Assembly: GCA_023434665.1 (NCBI GenBank)
Contig: JAEYSM010000028.1
Span: 25,142-89,141 of the forward strand
Length of the DNA: 64,000 bases
Direction: 5' to 3'
Origin: Bacteroidota bacterium
Lineage (GTDB): Bacteria; Bacteroidota; Bacteroidia; Bacteroidales; Lentimicrobiaceae
Position 1 is the first letter of the stretch. The number at the start of each line of letters is the position of its first letter. Below the pieces are notes generated by a model. That model was not told the origin of the DNA and made no database searches. It saw only the letters and a list, made by a program, of their open reading frames with translations. The position numbers were made by a program, and so were the translations under genes. This document shows positions 29,373 through 39,108 of this stretch, piece after piece.

Positions 29373-30638
29373 TCAATTGGTAAGTTGTAATTTCCGTGCT
29401 TCATTGATATCGATCCGCTGTTCGTTCAGAAATGCAACAACAAAACAATCGCTGAATCCACTTCTTCTTAGTTCTTTTGCTTTGATATCAGCGGCTTCAA
29501 AGTTCTTCTCCGAACCATATGTATATTTATATAAGCCACCATGTATATAATATTCCACATTTTTCAATCCTTTAAACAGCCTGTCGGAAGAATCAAGTTG
29601 TTTATCAGATACCAGAAATTGTACCTTAAAAACAAGATTCCTATCAGAAGGTTCTGTAATACCTATTGTCTGAGCGGAATTCAGATCTTTTTGAGCGAGC
29701 AATACTTCCTGATCTTTAATTTGTTTTGATTTTGCTTTTTCTTTCTTACCAGAAGTATCCTTCTCAATTGGTTTTTCTGACTTTAATTCATCAGCGACCT
29801 CAAGTTTAATGCTTCTTTCCATGCTTTGCTTATATTCTTTTATTGCCCTGTAAATAGCTGAAGCAATATATGTTTGCCCTTCTTCTGATGCAAGAGTTTT
29901 TTCTTCTTTGAGATTGCTGATGAATCCTGTTTCAATTAATACAGATGGCATCGTTGTCTTATATAAGACAAGAAAACCAGCTTGCTTGACTCCTCTATCG
30001 AACAGATTTACTCTTTCCTTAAAATGTTTCTGAACATTACTAGCCAATCCCAGACTTTGATCCATATAAGCGTTCTGTAGCATCGAAAAAAAGATATAAC
30101 CTTCGGGGGATGTGGGGTCAAAGCCATCGTACTGAACGTGATAATCTTCTTCTAAAAGAATTGATGCATTTTCAGTTTGTGCTACCGATAAATTAGCGTC
30201 ACTCCGGTGCAGTCCCATTACATATGTCTCAGCACCATAGGGGGTAGATGATTTATTGGCATTACAATGAATTGATATAAATAGATCGGCTTTAGCTTCA
30301 TTTGCAATCTTAGCTCTTCGGTAAAGTTCAACAAATACATCCGTCTTACGGGTATATATCACTTTAACATCCGGGAGGTTTTCTTCGATAAATTTTCCCG
30401 TCTTTAAAGCAATTGAAAGAGTGATATCCTTCTCTTTTGAAATTTTACCAACAGCCCCGGGATCATGGCCTCCATGTCCTGCATCGATAACTACCTTTCT
30501 TACTTTTTGGGCATTTGCTTCAGGAGAAAACAATATTGCTGCCAATAATAGAATAAAGAAAGAAAAAAAGCGTTTTATCACCATGTTAATTTTGATTAGT
30601 TTTGCCACAAAACCAGATGGTTCTTTATGTATGGCCAT
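29373..30638 (-). CDS. N-acetylmuramoyl-L-alanine amidase (Amidase_3) with a C-terminal SPOR domain
   Basis: VVIDAGHGGHDPGA motif and a C-terminal SPOR-like FKVQF..A. The start could instead be the ATG at 30584 (MVIKRFFSFF...). Confidence 0.85.
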   Translation of the reverse strand: MAIHKEPSGFVAKLIKINMVIKRFFSFFILLLAAILFSPEANAQKVRKVVIDAGHGGHDPGAVGKISKEKDITLSIALKTGKFIEENLPDVKVIYTRKTDVFVELYRRAKIANEAKADLFISIHCNANKSSTPYGAETYVMGLHRSDANLSVAQTENASILLEEDYHVQYDGFDPTSPEGYIFFSMLQNAYMDQSLGLASNVQKHFKERVNLFDRGVKQAGFLVLYKTTMPSVLIETGFISNLKEEKTLASEEGQTYIASAIYRAIKEYKQSMERSIKLEVADELKSEKPIEKDTSGKKEKAKSKQIKDQEVLLAQKDLNSAQTIGITEPSDRNLVFKVQFLVSDKQLDSSDRLFKGLKNVEYYIHGGLYKYTYGSEKNFEAADIKAKELRRSGFSDCFVVAFLNEQRIDINEARKLQLTN

Positions 30639-30667
30639 ATTTTAGGTTATGCCCACTTAATAACACA

Positions 30668-30675
30668 CAAATTTA
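30668..30675 (-). promoter_or_regulatory. -7 box (TAAATTTG on the minus strand) for amidase-mlaD-DUF389
   Basis: CAAATTTA on the plus strand, 30 nt upstream of the ATG at 30638. Confidence 0.45.
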
Positions 30676-30681
30676 ATATAA

Positions 30682-33375
30682 TTGAGGTACACTGGTTACT
30701 ATTTTGATACGGTTTTTTGGGTAATCGTTAAGTTATTTTGGGCTATTTCCTTTATAATGGCATTGCAATTGCCTTTGTTTGCCCAAAACGACTCAGTTCT
30801 TCAATCGTTACCTGATACTACTGTCAGAGTGCTGCAATCAAACGATACTATTTATACAAATGATTCGGTTTATATTAATGTGGGTGACACTTTGATGCAG
30901 AATAATTTGCCCGTCAATGAAGCTGCCGGAAAAAAAAGTGCCATAACCTCAAAAGTTGTATATAGCGCAACAGATTCCATTCGGCTCGACCTTGAAAATC
31001 AAAAAGTATATCTCTACCGGGAAGCCGATATAAGTTATGAAAAGATAAAGCAAAAGGCTGGTTATGTGGAGATTGATTTTAATACAAATATTCTGACAGC
31101 AAAGCCTCTCATTGACTCGACAGGAACGGAAATCGGTTTACCTGAATTTTCCGAAGGTTCCCAGAGTTTTAAGTCGAAAGAGATGAGGTATAATTTTGAT
31201 ACCAAGAAAGGTCTGATCAAAAATGTAATAACTCAGGAAGGACAAGGATACCTCCATGGTGAGCTGGTCAAAAAAATGGACAATGATGTTAGTAACATGA
31301 GGGGAGGTGGATATACTACCTGTAACCTTGATCATCCTCACTTTAGTCTCAAATTTACAAAGGCTAAAGTAATACCTAACAATAAAATCGTAACCGGACC
31401 GGCCTATATGACAATTGAGGACGTACCTCTGCCTATAGTACTTCCATTTGGATTGTTCCCCAACAAACGGGGTCAAACATCGGGGATATTGATACCTACA
31501 TATGGTGAATCGACCGAACGAGGCTTTTATCTTGAAAATGGAGGCTATTATTTTGGAATTAATGAATATATGGAATTGCGCCTGATTGGAGATATTTATT
31601 CACGGGGCAGTTGGGCAGTTAAACCTACTTTTAATTATCGTAAACGTTATAAATTCAGCGGTAATCTGAACTTCAATTACGCAATAAATACTCAGGGAGT
31701 CAGGGAAACTGAAAGATTCCAGAAAACAAGAGATTTCAAGTTAATATGGACTCACAGGCAAGATCCAAAAGCACGGCCACGAAGCCAGTTTAATGCCAGT
31801 GTGAATTTTGGTACAAGAACTTTCTCGCGTTATAACCCGGTAAGTGTAAATGATCATCTCACAAACACCTATGGATCAAGTGTAAGCTACTCGACTTCAT
31901 TTGGCGAACGTGTGAATATGACCGCTGCTCTTACTCATTCTCAAAATACAACCAACAAAACAGTCAACTTAACATTGCCTAATATCTCTCTTGGCGTTAA
32001 TACATTTTTCCCTTTCCGCAGACCTGATAAAGTATCAAACCTAAAGTGGTACGACAATATCAGTATGAAGTACAATATGAATGCAAGAAATGAAGTAAAT
32101 ACGTATGATACTCTGATGTTTACCAATGCTATGCTTAAAAGTTTTGAGAACGGGATACAACACACTATTCCTGTCAATCTGACACTCAAACTTTTAAAGT
32201 ATTTCAGCTTTTCAAATTCAGTTAACTTCAATGAAAGATGGTATTCCAGCAGTATTACCAGGACATGGATGGATGAAACAGCGATTATTAACGGAGACAC
32301 GGTTACAGGCTATGTTAGATTTGATACGGTTCCCGGATTTTATGCTGTTCACGAATACAATTACAGTTCAGGCATTTCGACCAGCCTTTATGGTATGGTA
32401 CAAATGAAAAAAGGTCCAGTAAGAGCGGTTAGGCATGTAATGAGACCATCTGTTAGTTTTTCGCTGAGACCAGATTTTGGTAGTTCTAGATTGGGATATT
32501 ACCGAACCGTTCAAACTGATACTACAGGCCGTGTAGAACGTTATTCCATATTCCGTGATGCAATTTATGGCACTCCTGCCGATGGCAGGTCAGGAATGCT
32601 GAATTTCAACATTACCAATAATCTCGAAATGAAGGTAAGGTCAAAAAGGGACACCATTACGGGGATGAAGAAAGTTATGTTGATTGAAAATTTTTCAATT
32701 GGTACTTCGTATGATCTAGCAAAAGACTCACTACAATGGAGTCCACTGAGGATATCCGTAAGGACTACACTTTTCAAGAAATTGCAGATCAGCTATAGTT
32801 CAACATTCAATCCTTATATGACTGATGATAGGGGAAGACCTATAAACAGGTACGAATGGACAGGAAATAATCGATTATTCAGAAGAGATAATTCTTCTTG
32901 GAATTTTTCTATGGCCTATAATTTCAGTTCAGGACAGAATAAAACCGGTGGCAGTACCAGTTCAGTGGTGGTTGCCTCGGAAGAAGCGCAGGAAATTATT
33001 GAAAATCCTGACGAATACATTAACTGGAACAATCCCTGGAATTTCAGTTTCAGCTACAATCTGGGTTACAATGATTTTATCAGGTATCCTCAACGCAACT
33101 ATGATCACAGGATTGTGCATACGATTGGAATTAATGGAGATATTAATGTAACTCCCAAATGGAAGGTGAATTTCAGTTCAAATTACGACATAGAGAATAG
33201 TAAGCTATCATATGCTCAGGTTAGCGTATACCGAGACCTTCACTGCTGGGAAATGAGATTTAACTGGATCCCTACCGGATACCTGAAAAGTTGGAACTTT
33301 TATATTAAAGTTAAGGCTGAAGTACTTCAGGATCTTAAACTTAATAGAAAGAAAGATTTCAGGGACAATTTATAA
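30682..33375 (+). CDS. LptD-like large outer-membrane beta-barrel protein (putative LPS assembly)
   Basis: 897 aa. Hydrophobic leader ending LPLFAQ, OstA-like N-terminal part, long alternating beta-strand region. The TTG start is uncertain. Confidence 0.6.
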   Translation: MRYTGYYFDTVFWVIVKLFWAISFIMALQLPLFAQNDSVLQSLPDTTVRVLQSNDTIYTNDSVYINVGDTLMQNNLPVNEAAGKKSAITSKVVYSATDSIRLDLENQKVYLYREADISYEKIKQKAGYVEIDFNTNILTAKPLIDSTGTEIGLPEFSEGSQSFKSKEMRYNFDTKKGLIKNVITQEGQGYLHGELVKKMDNDVSNMRGGGYTTCNLDHPHFSLKFTKAKVIPNNKIVTGPAYMTIEDVPLPIVLPFGLFPNKRGQTSGILIPTYGESTERGFYLENGGYYFGINEYMELRLIGDIYSRGSWAVKPTFNYRKRYKFSGNLNFNYAINTQGVRETERFQKTRDFKLIWTHRQDPKARPRSQFNASVNFGTRTFSRYNPVSVNDHLTNTYGSSVSYSTSFGERVNMTAALTHSQNTTNKTVNLTLPNISLGVNTFFPFRRPDKVSNLKWYDNISMKYNMNARNEVNTYDTLMFTNAMLKSFENGIQHTIPVNLTLKLLKYFSFSNSVNFNERWYSSSITRTWMDETAIINGDTVTGYVRFDTVPGFYAVHEYNYSSGISTSLYGMVQMKKGPVRAVRHVMRPSVSFSLRPDFGSSRLGYYRTVQTDTTGRVERYSIFRDAIYGTPADGRSGMLNFNITNNLEMKVRSKRDTITGMKKVMLIENFSIGTSYDLAKDSLQWSPLRISVRTTLFKKLQISYSSTFNPYMTDDRGRPINRYEWTGNNRLFRRDNSSWNFSMAYNFSSGQNKTGGSTSSVVVASEEAQEIIENPDEYINWNNPWNFSFSYNLGYNDFIRYPQRNYDHRIVHTIGINGDINVTPKWKVNFSSNYDIENSKLSYAQVSVYRDLHCWEMRFNWIPTGYLKSWNFYIKVKAEVLQDLKLNRKKDFRDNL

Positions 33376-33430
33376 AATCAGTAACTTTTATAATTCGCTC
33401 CCTTCATTGTTATACTGTTTAGCAAATTTA

Positions 33431-33438
33431 TACATTTG
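33431..33438 (+). promoter_or_regulatory. -7 box TACATTTG for the ClC gene (candidate leaderless transcript)
   Basis: TACATTTGCAGCTATG has the same geometry as lepA (TTTGCA-N3-ATG). Confidence 0.45.
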
Positions 33439-33443
33439 CAGCT

Positions 33444-35219
33444 ATGATATTTAACCTCTCGCTGATCAAACTTCAAAAGTGGCGGCTTAAGAATATAAGC
33501 CATCGCAATTTCGTGCTTTTTTTGAGTTTTGTGGTCGGTTTAATTAGTGGGCTTTCTGCAGTAGTTCTCAAAAATACAGTTTATTACACACATTATTTCT
33601 TAACAGAAGGCTTTGAAACTGAAGGGGCCAATTTTCTTCTGCTTCTCTATCCTCTTTTTGGGATGGCTCTTACAGTTCTTTTTGTAAAATACATTGTTAA
33701 AGATGATATTTCACATGGCATAAGCAAGATATTATACTCTATTAGCCGGAACAACAGTCATCTAAAACCTCACAATAACTACTCTTCTTTAATTGGCAGT
33801 ACTTTGACTGTTGGTTTCGGAGGATCAGTTGGTCTTGAAGCTCCGATAGTACTTACCGGAGCATCAATTGGATCAAATCTGGCGAGGACAATGAGAATGG
33901 ACTACCGTACCAATACATTGATGATTGGCTGTGGTGCTGCCGGTGCAATCGCCAGTATTTTTAATGCTCCGATTGCGGGAATTCTTTTTGGGTTGGAAGT
34001 ACTGATGCTCGATCTGACAATGGGCTCGCTGATACCGCTGTTAATTGCATCAATAACCGGAGCTACACTCAGTTCGCTTCTTATGGGAAAAACGGTGCTC
34101 TTTGCTTTTTTCTCAGTTGCCCCATTCAACCTGAATAATATCCCCCATTATATACTCTTAGGAATAGTAGCAGGCTTGGTATCCCTTTACTTTGTAAGGG
34201 CTAACCGTTATATAGAATCGAGACTTGAAACGATAAAAAGACCATTCAGAAAACTACTTATTGCAGGGGTAGTCGTAAGTCTCTTGATATTCCTGTTCCC
34301 TCCATTATATGGTGAAGGTTATGATATTCTGACAGATATATTAAATGGCCGTGGTGAAAACCTTTTTAATGGAAGCTTATTTTATAGTTTCAAAAATAAC
34401 ACATGGCTGTTTCTGCTTTTCGTTGTATTGGTTTTATTCCTGAAAGTTATAGCAATGGCTTTTACAACTGGTGGAGGCGGTGTAGGTGGTGTATTTGCTC
34501 CTTCCTTATTTATGGGTGGAGTTACAGGTTACTTTGTCGCTAAAGCAATTAACATCTTTAAAGTTATTGACCTCCCTGAAAGCAATTTTGCCCTGGCTGG
34601 TATGGCCGGCGTCATGGCTGCTGTTATGCATGCTCCTCTTACTGCTATCTTTCTAATTGCTGAAATAACCGGTGGATACGAGTTTTTTCTACCTCTAATG
34701 ATCACTGCAACTATATCTTATCTAACCATAAACCTTTACGAGCATCATAATATATATGCCAAAAGCCTTGCTGAAAGAGGTGAGTTAATTACACACGATA
34801 AGGACAAGGCCGCTTTATCAAGGATGAAAATCACCAAATTGGTTGAGCACAATTTCCTTATTGTAAAGCCGGATAATACACTTGGAGAATTGGTTAAAGT
34901 GATTGCCCGATCAGAACGTAATGTTTTTCCGGTAGTTGATGATGAGAATAATTTCCTGGGAGTTGTGTTTATTAATGAAATCAGGAATATCATTTTTGAC
35001 ACTAATATCTATAACACTACATACGTACGTGACCTAATGTTCATGCCTGATACCTTGATAAATCTTGATGCTACAATGGAAGATGTTGCACGAAAATTTA
35101 ATGAAACTTCTCATTATAATTTACCGGTATTAAATAATGGGAAGTACATAGGTTTTGTCTCCCGGGCTAACGTATTCTCATCTTATAGAAATTTGGTAAA
35201 AGAATTTTCTCAGGAATGA
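33444..35219 (+). CDS. ClC-family chloride channel / H+-Cl- antiporter with a C-terminal CBS pair
   Basis: 591 aa. GGSVGLEAP and GGVFAPS selectivity motifs, two CBS-like repeats at the C-terminus. Confidence 0.9.
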   Translation: MIFNLSLIKLQKWRLKNISHRNFVLFLSFVVGLISGLSAVVLKNTVYYTHYFLTEGFETEGANFLLLLYPLFGMALTVLFVKYIVKDDISHGISKILYSISRNNSHLKPHNNYSSLIGSTLTVGFGGSVGLEAPIVLTGASIGSNLARTMRMDYRTNTLMIGCGAAGAIASIFNAPIAGILFGLEVLMLDLTMGSLIPLLIASITGATLSSLLMGKTVLFAFFSVAPFNLNNIPHYILLGIVAGLVSLYFVRANRYIESRLETIKRPFRKLLIAGVVVSLLIFLFPPLYGEGYDILTDILNGRGENLFNGSLFYSFKNNTWLFLLFVVLVLFLKVIAMAFTTGGGGVGGVFAPSLFMGGVTGYFVAKAINIFKVIDLPESNFALAGMAGVMAAVMHAPLTAIFLIAEITGGYEFFLPLMITATISYLTINLYEHHNIYAKSLAERGELITHDKDKAALSRMKITKLVEHNFLIVKPDNTLGELVKVIARSERNVFPVVDDENNFLGVVFINEIRNIIFDTNIYNTTYVRDLMFMPDTLINLDATMEDVARKFNETSHYNLPVLNNGKYIGFVSRANVFSSYRNLVKEFSQE

Positions 35220-35947
35220 AAAGCTTAGAATCAGATTTATACAGTTTTAAAAAGATATCTCCATTCCTGGTTACCGTTTTTATCTATTTGTCAGGGCTGG
35301 CAACGGCATTGATACTTTGGGGATACCATGAAAGTTTCCTATTTCTGAATACGGACAAGATAGTATGGCTTGACCAACCGATGTTTATAATTACCCATCT
35401 TGGGGATTCCCTGATTCTTGTTTCCATACTTAGCCTTTTACTTATAAATAAAAAGCCTGAGGTTGTTATAAGTTTAATAGTAGTTGTTTTAATTACAGGC
35501 TTGACAGGGCAATTATTAAAGTCCTATGCTTTTGAAGGTTGGGATAGACCCTTGCGGCATTTTAAAGAAAGTCCGATTGTACATACCTTACCATTCTACC
35601 GGCTATTCCATAACAGTTTCCCATCAGGGCATAGTATAACTGCCATGTCAGCTTTTACAACTCTGGTATATGGTTTAAAACCTGGGAAAAATTACCAGGT
35701 AGGTATTGCCCTGATAGCTTGTCTTGTTAGTTACAGCAGAATCTATTTGGGAGTTCATTTCCCGGGTGATGTTTTGGCCGGAAGCCTTCTTGGCATTTTA
35801 TTGACCTTACTTATTATAAAAATCGTGTTTCCATTCAGCTGCCGTTTGAATATTAAAAAACCAGTAAGGGTTGCGATTTTTTTACTAGCCTTAGGTTCTC
35901 TAATTGCCGGCACATGGTTATTAAGAGTATACTATCCCCTAATCTGA
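35216..35947 (+). CDS. PAP2-family phosphatase
   Basis: 243 aa. PSGHS and SRIYLGVHFPGD motifs. ATGA overlap with the ClC gene stop. Confidence 0.8.
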   Translation: MKSLESDLYSFKKISPFLVTVFIYLSGLATALILWGYHESFLFLNTDKIVWLDQPMFIITHLGDSLILVSILSLLLINKKPEVVISLIVVVLITGLTGQLLKSYAFEGWDRPLRHFKESPIVHTLPFYRLFHNSFPSGHSITAMSAFTTLVYGLKPGKNYQVGIALIACLVSYSRIYLGVHFPGDVLAGSLLGILLTLLIIKIVFPFSCRLNIKKPVRVAIFLLALGSLIAGTWLLRVYYPLI

Positions 35948-36018
35948 AATACACTAAGTAAAAATACGTAGTATATCGAATTATCATTCTACAAAATCCG
36001 TTCTTCAAGAATCACTTT

Positions 36019-36034
36019 TACGTATTAATACGTA
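36019..36034. promoter_or_regulatory. Perfect 16-bp palindrome TACGTATTAATACGTA (candidate operator)
   Basis: It lies about 90 nt upstream of the ATG at 36125. A third TACGTA (AATACGTA) is at 35963..35970. Confidence 0.4.
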
Positions 36035-36124
36035 TTTTGATGACTGACATGTATAGAATGGACTTTTCTTTCGTAATTTCACATCACCAAAATCGTATCA
36101 ATCAATCATTTTTACTTTCATTTT

Positions 36125-36418
36125 ATGCAGCTACAGATTAAAAAACATATTGAAGTGGTTGACAAGGGCAATATGTTTGCAATCGAAACAGAATCCGAGA
36201 CCTCCTACTTGAAATATCATATCTATAAGGATACTATTGAACTGTATTCAGCTTATGTACCGGAAGTTTTAAGAGGTAATGGTCATGCAGCTTCATTGAT
36301 TTTGTTTGCAATGCAATTTGCTGTACTAAATGGCTATTGGGTAGTTCCTGCCTGTCCGGCAGTCAGGGAATATATTCGCCAATTCCCAGAATGGATCTAC
36401 ATAGTAAAACATTTATAA
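36125..36418 (+). CDS. Small GNAT-like protein (YjdJ / Acetyltransf_CG type)
   Basis: 97 aa. ..VPEVLRGNGHAS.L...A...A...G..VVP.CP motif. Confidence 0.65.
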   Translation: MQLQIKKHIEVVDKGNMFAIETESETSYLKYHIYKDTIELYSAYVPEVLRGNGHAASLILFAMQFAVLNGYWVVPACPAVREYIRQFPEWIYIVKHL

Positions 36419-36495
36419 CCACTATCTTTTCCTTTCTTGCACTTTTTTAACCATTAGCAGGTTCTGTGTGTTTTGTTATTACGACACCATGAACA

Positions 36496-39108
36496 ATGAG
36501 TACTAATAAGTTAAAATTTCCTATCCGAAGTCTCCAGGCCAATATTTTCGTTCTCTTCCTGATAACCCTGGCAGCTGTTCTTACTGCCGCATACTTCGTA
36601 AGAGAGAATGAGAAAGTTTTAAGGAGAACCTTGAATGAACTCTCAAATCCAGATGTTGAATTAGCACTTTTGCGTGAGATCCTTTCATCTCTCACTGAGG
36701 CAGAAAATAAACTCAGATACTTTACACTGACAAATGATACAACTTATTTTAATCAGTACAACAATCTTATTGATACCATTGAAAATAACATTGATTTACT
36801 TCAAATGAGTTACACTCATGATTCCTTGACAAGCAATCATCTTTTTCAGGTAAAGGACCTGTTGAACCAGAGAAAGGACCTGATAATATCATATAACCAA
36901 ACAAAACAGGATCAGGCAGCATTTGATTTTGCGGATATTGCTTTCAGTACAATAAGGAAAGGCACTCCCGATTCGTTGATAAGCAGGACCAATACAAGTA
37001 CTACAATAATTACAACTTACGATACTTTAGAGGCAATCCCTGACACATTAGAAAGTAAAAGAAAGAATAGAGGCTTGATTGGTAAGATAAAAGGAGTTTT
37101 TTCCAAGAGTGATACGCCAAAAAAAGAAACTCAGCTCCCTGATCCCATCATTCGTTCAACAACAAGTATTCAGTTTGATACATCCATGATAAAGCCTTCT
37201 GATAGTATTAAAATGGGTCACATTGAGCAAGAGCTAAGTCAAATAAAAGCTAAAGACCAGAGATACTATCTTGATTTAAGAAGAAAAGAGCTCAATATGC
37301 TGCAGAATAGTTCTTTGGTAATTAATCAGGTTACTGAAATCTTCAACAGGCTTGAAAAGAATGTATTACATGAAAATGAAATCAGATCACAGCAAGCCCG
37401 CAACAATGCTTCAAAATCACTTTTTTTGATTGGGGTTACCAGTATTGCTGCATTATTAATAATTCTAATTCTTGTTTTACTAATACTGAACAATTTGCGT
37501 CGTAGCAACCATTATCGCAAGGAATTATTGAAAGCAAATACACAGGCAATAGAACTGGCTAAAGTGAAAGAAGAATTTCTTTCGAACATGAGTCATGAAA
37601 TCAGAACCCCTTTAAATGCTATAATTGGTTTCTCAAACCAACTGTTGAATACAAAATTAACCCCTGATCAAACCCGATATCTTGATGCTGTTCAGAAGTC
37701 ATCAGTACATTTACTCGAAACAGTGAATGATATTCTTGATCTTTCGCGCCTGGTAGCTGGCAAATTTCATATCGATAAGGTGCATTTTAAACCCGGTGAA
37801 GTCTTGAATGATGTAATCAGGCCATTTCAACTTCAGGCTAAAGACAAAGGTTTGAAATTCACAGAAGTCTGTGATTACGATTCAAATCTGGTACTATTAG
37901 GCGATCCTGTGAGATTGAGGCAAATCCTTTACAATTTACTGAGCAATGCTTTAAAGTTCACTAGAGAAGGTGAGATCATTTTCATTTGCTCGATTAAAAT
38001 AGAAGGTAATTTAGCAAATGCTAAAATGTCAGTTAAGGATTCCGGGATAGGAATTGAAGCCCATAAACTGGAGTCAATTTTTGAAGATTTTCAACAGGTT
38101 GAGACTTCTTCTGCAAGATCATTTGGAGGATCAGGATTAGGTCTTGCAATTAGCAGAAGATTAGCACGGCTTCAGGGTGGAGATATAATAGTTGAAAGTA
38201 AGCCGGAAGAAGGATCCACCTTTTGTCTTTTAATTTCATATATCGTTGTGAATGACAATCGGGATGAAATAATAACAGAACCAGATCAACCAAGCCAATG
38301 GAGCATGAATGAAGAGATTCTGAAGGGGGCCAGAGTCTTAGTTGTTGATGATGACGAATTCAATATTCTGCTGTCAAGAATAATTACCGAAAATCATGGC
38401 ATGAGCATTCAAATTGCAAAAAATGGTTATGAAGCAGAATCACTTATTGCCAAAGAAAGTTTTGACCTGATTATGACCGATCTTCAGATGCCGGGACTTA
38501 GTGGAATTGATTTAATAAATTATATAAGAAATCATTCAGATCCGGCAATCTCACGAGTACCTGTAATTGCATTTACTGCTAATAAAAAGGAGCGATTTGA
38601 TGATGAGTTGATTTCTTTAGGGTTCAATGAAGTACTACAAAAACCTGTTCCTGAAAATGAGTTTCTCAATAGAATTTCTCATTATGTAATTACTCACCCT
38701 TTAACTGAGCACAACCATGATCCAATTCAAACAATGAAAAGCTCAAGAACAGAATCTGTATCACTTGTTTCTTACGATTTGTCTCATGTCAAAGCTTTTT
38801 CAGCAGGAAAACCGGAAATACAAAAAGAGATTTTACGGTCATTTATAATATCATCGAATAATGCAGTAAAATCAATGAAAAACGCATTTTCAACAGGAGA
38901 CTATCAGGAAATTAAAAATCTGGCTCATCGCCTGCTTACAACTTATGGGCATCTAAAAGTTGAAAGTGCTCTTAACTTACTTGATCAATTAGACTCAATC
39001 AATCTTTCTAAGGTTGAACAATCAAGAATAAGTGAGTTAATTAATGATCTGACAGAAATTAATAAGAAATTATATAAGGCTTTAAAGAAAGAGATGCAGA
39101 AACTATAG
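36496..39108 (+). CDS. Hybrid sensor histidine kinase: CHASE3-like sensor, HisKA, HATPase, REC, HPt
   Basis: 870 aa. Two TM segments flank the RYFTLTNDTTYFNQY region. H-box SHEIRTPLN, G-boxes, REC with DLIMTDLQMPGLSG, C-terminal HPt (AHRLLTTYGHL). Confidence 0.9.
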   Translation: MSTNKLKFPIRSLQANIFVLFLITLAAVLTAAYFVRENEKVLRRTLNELSNPDVELALLREILSSLTEAENKLRYFTLTNDTTYFNQYNNLIDTIENNIDLLQMSYTHDSLTSNHLFQVKDLLNQRKDLIISYNQTKQDQAAFDFADIAFSTIRKGTPDSLISRTNTSTTIITTYDTLEAIPDTLESKRKNRGLIGKIKGVFSKSDTPKKETQLPDPIIRSTTSIQFDTSMIKPSDSIKMGHIEQELSQIKAKDQRYYLDLRRKELNMLQNSSLVINQVTEIFNRLEKNVLHENEIRSQQARNNASKSLFLIGVTSIAALLIILILVLLILNNLRRSNHYRKELLKANTQAIELAKVKEEFLSNMSHEIRTPLNAIIGFSNQLLNTKLTPDQTRYLDAVQKSSVHLLETVNDILDLSRLVAGKFHIDKVHFKPGEVLNDVIRPFQLQAKDKGLKFTEVCDYDSNLVLLGDPVRLRQILYNLLSNALKFTREGEIIFICSIKIEGNLANAKMSVKDSGIGIEAHKLESIFEDFQQVETSSARSFGGSGLGLAISRRLARLQGGDIIVESKPEEGSTFCLLISYIVVNDNRDEIITEPDQPSQWSMNEEILKGARVLVVDDDEFNILLSRIITENHGMSIQIAKNGYEAESLIAKESFDLIMTDLQMPGLSGIDLINYIRNHSDPAISRVPVIAFTANKKERFDDELISLGFNEVLQKPVPENEFLNRISHYVITHPLTEHNHDPIQTMKSSRTESVSLVSYDLSHVKAFSAGKPEIQKEILRSFIISSNNAVKSMKNAFSTGDYQEIKNLAHRLLTTYGHLKVESALNLLDQLDSINLSKVEQSRISELINDLTEINKKLYKALKKEMQKL

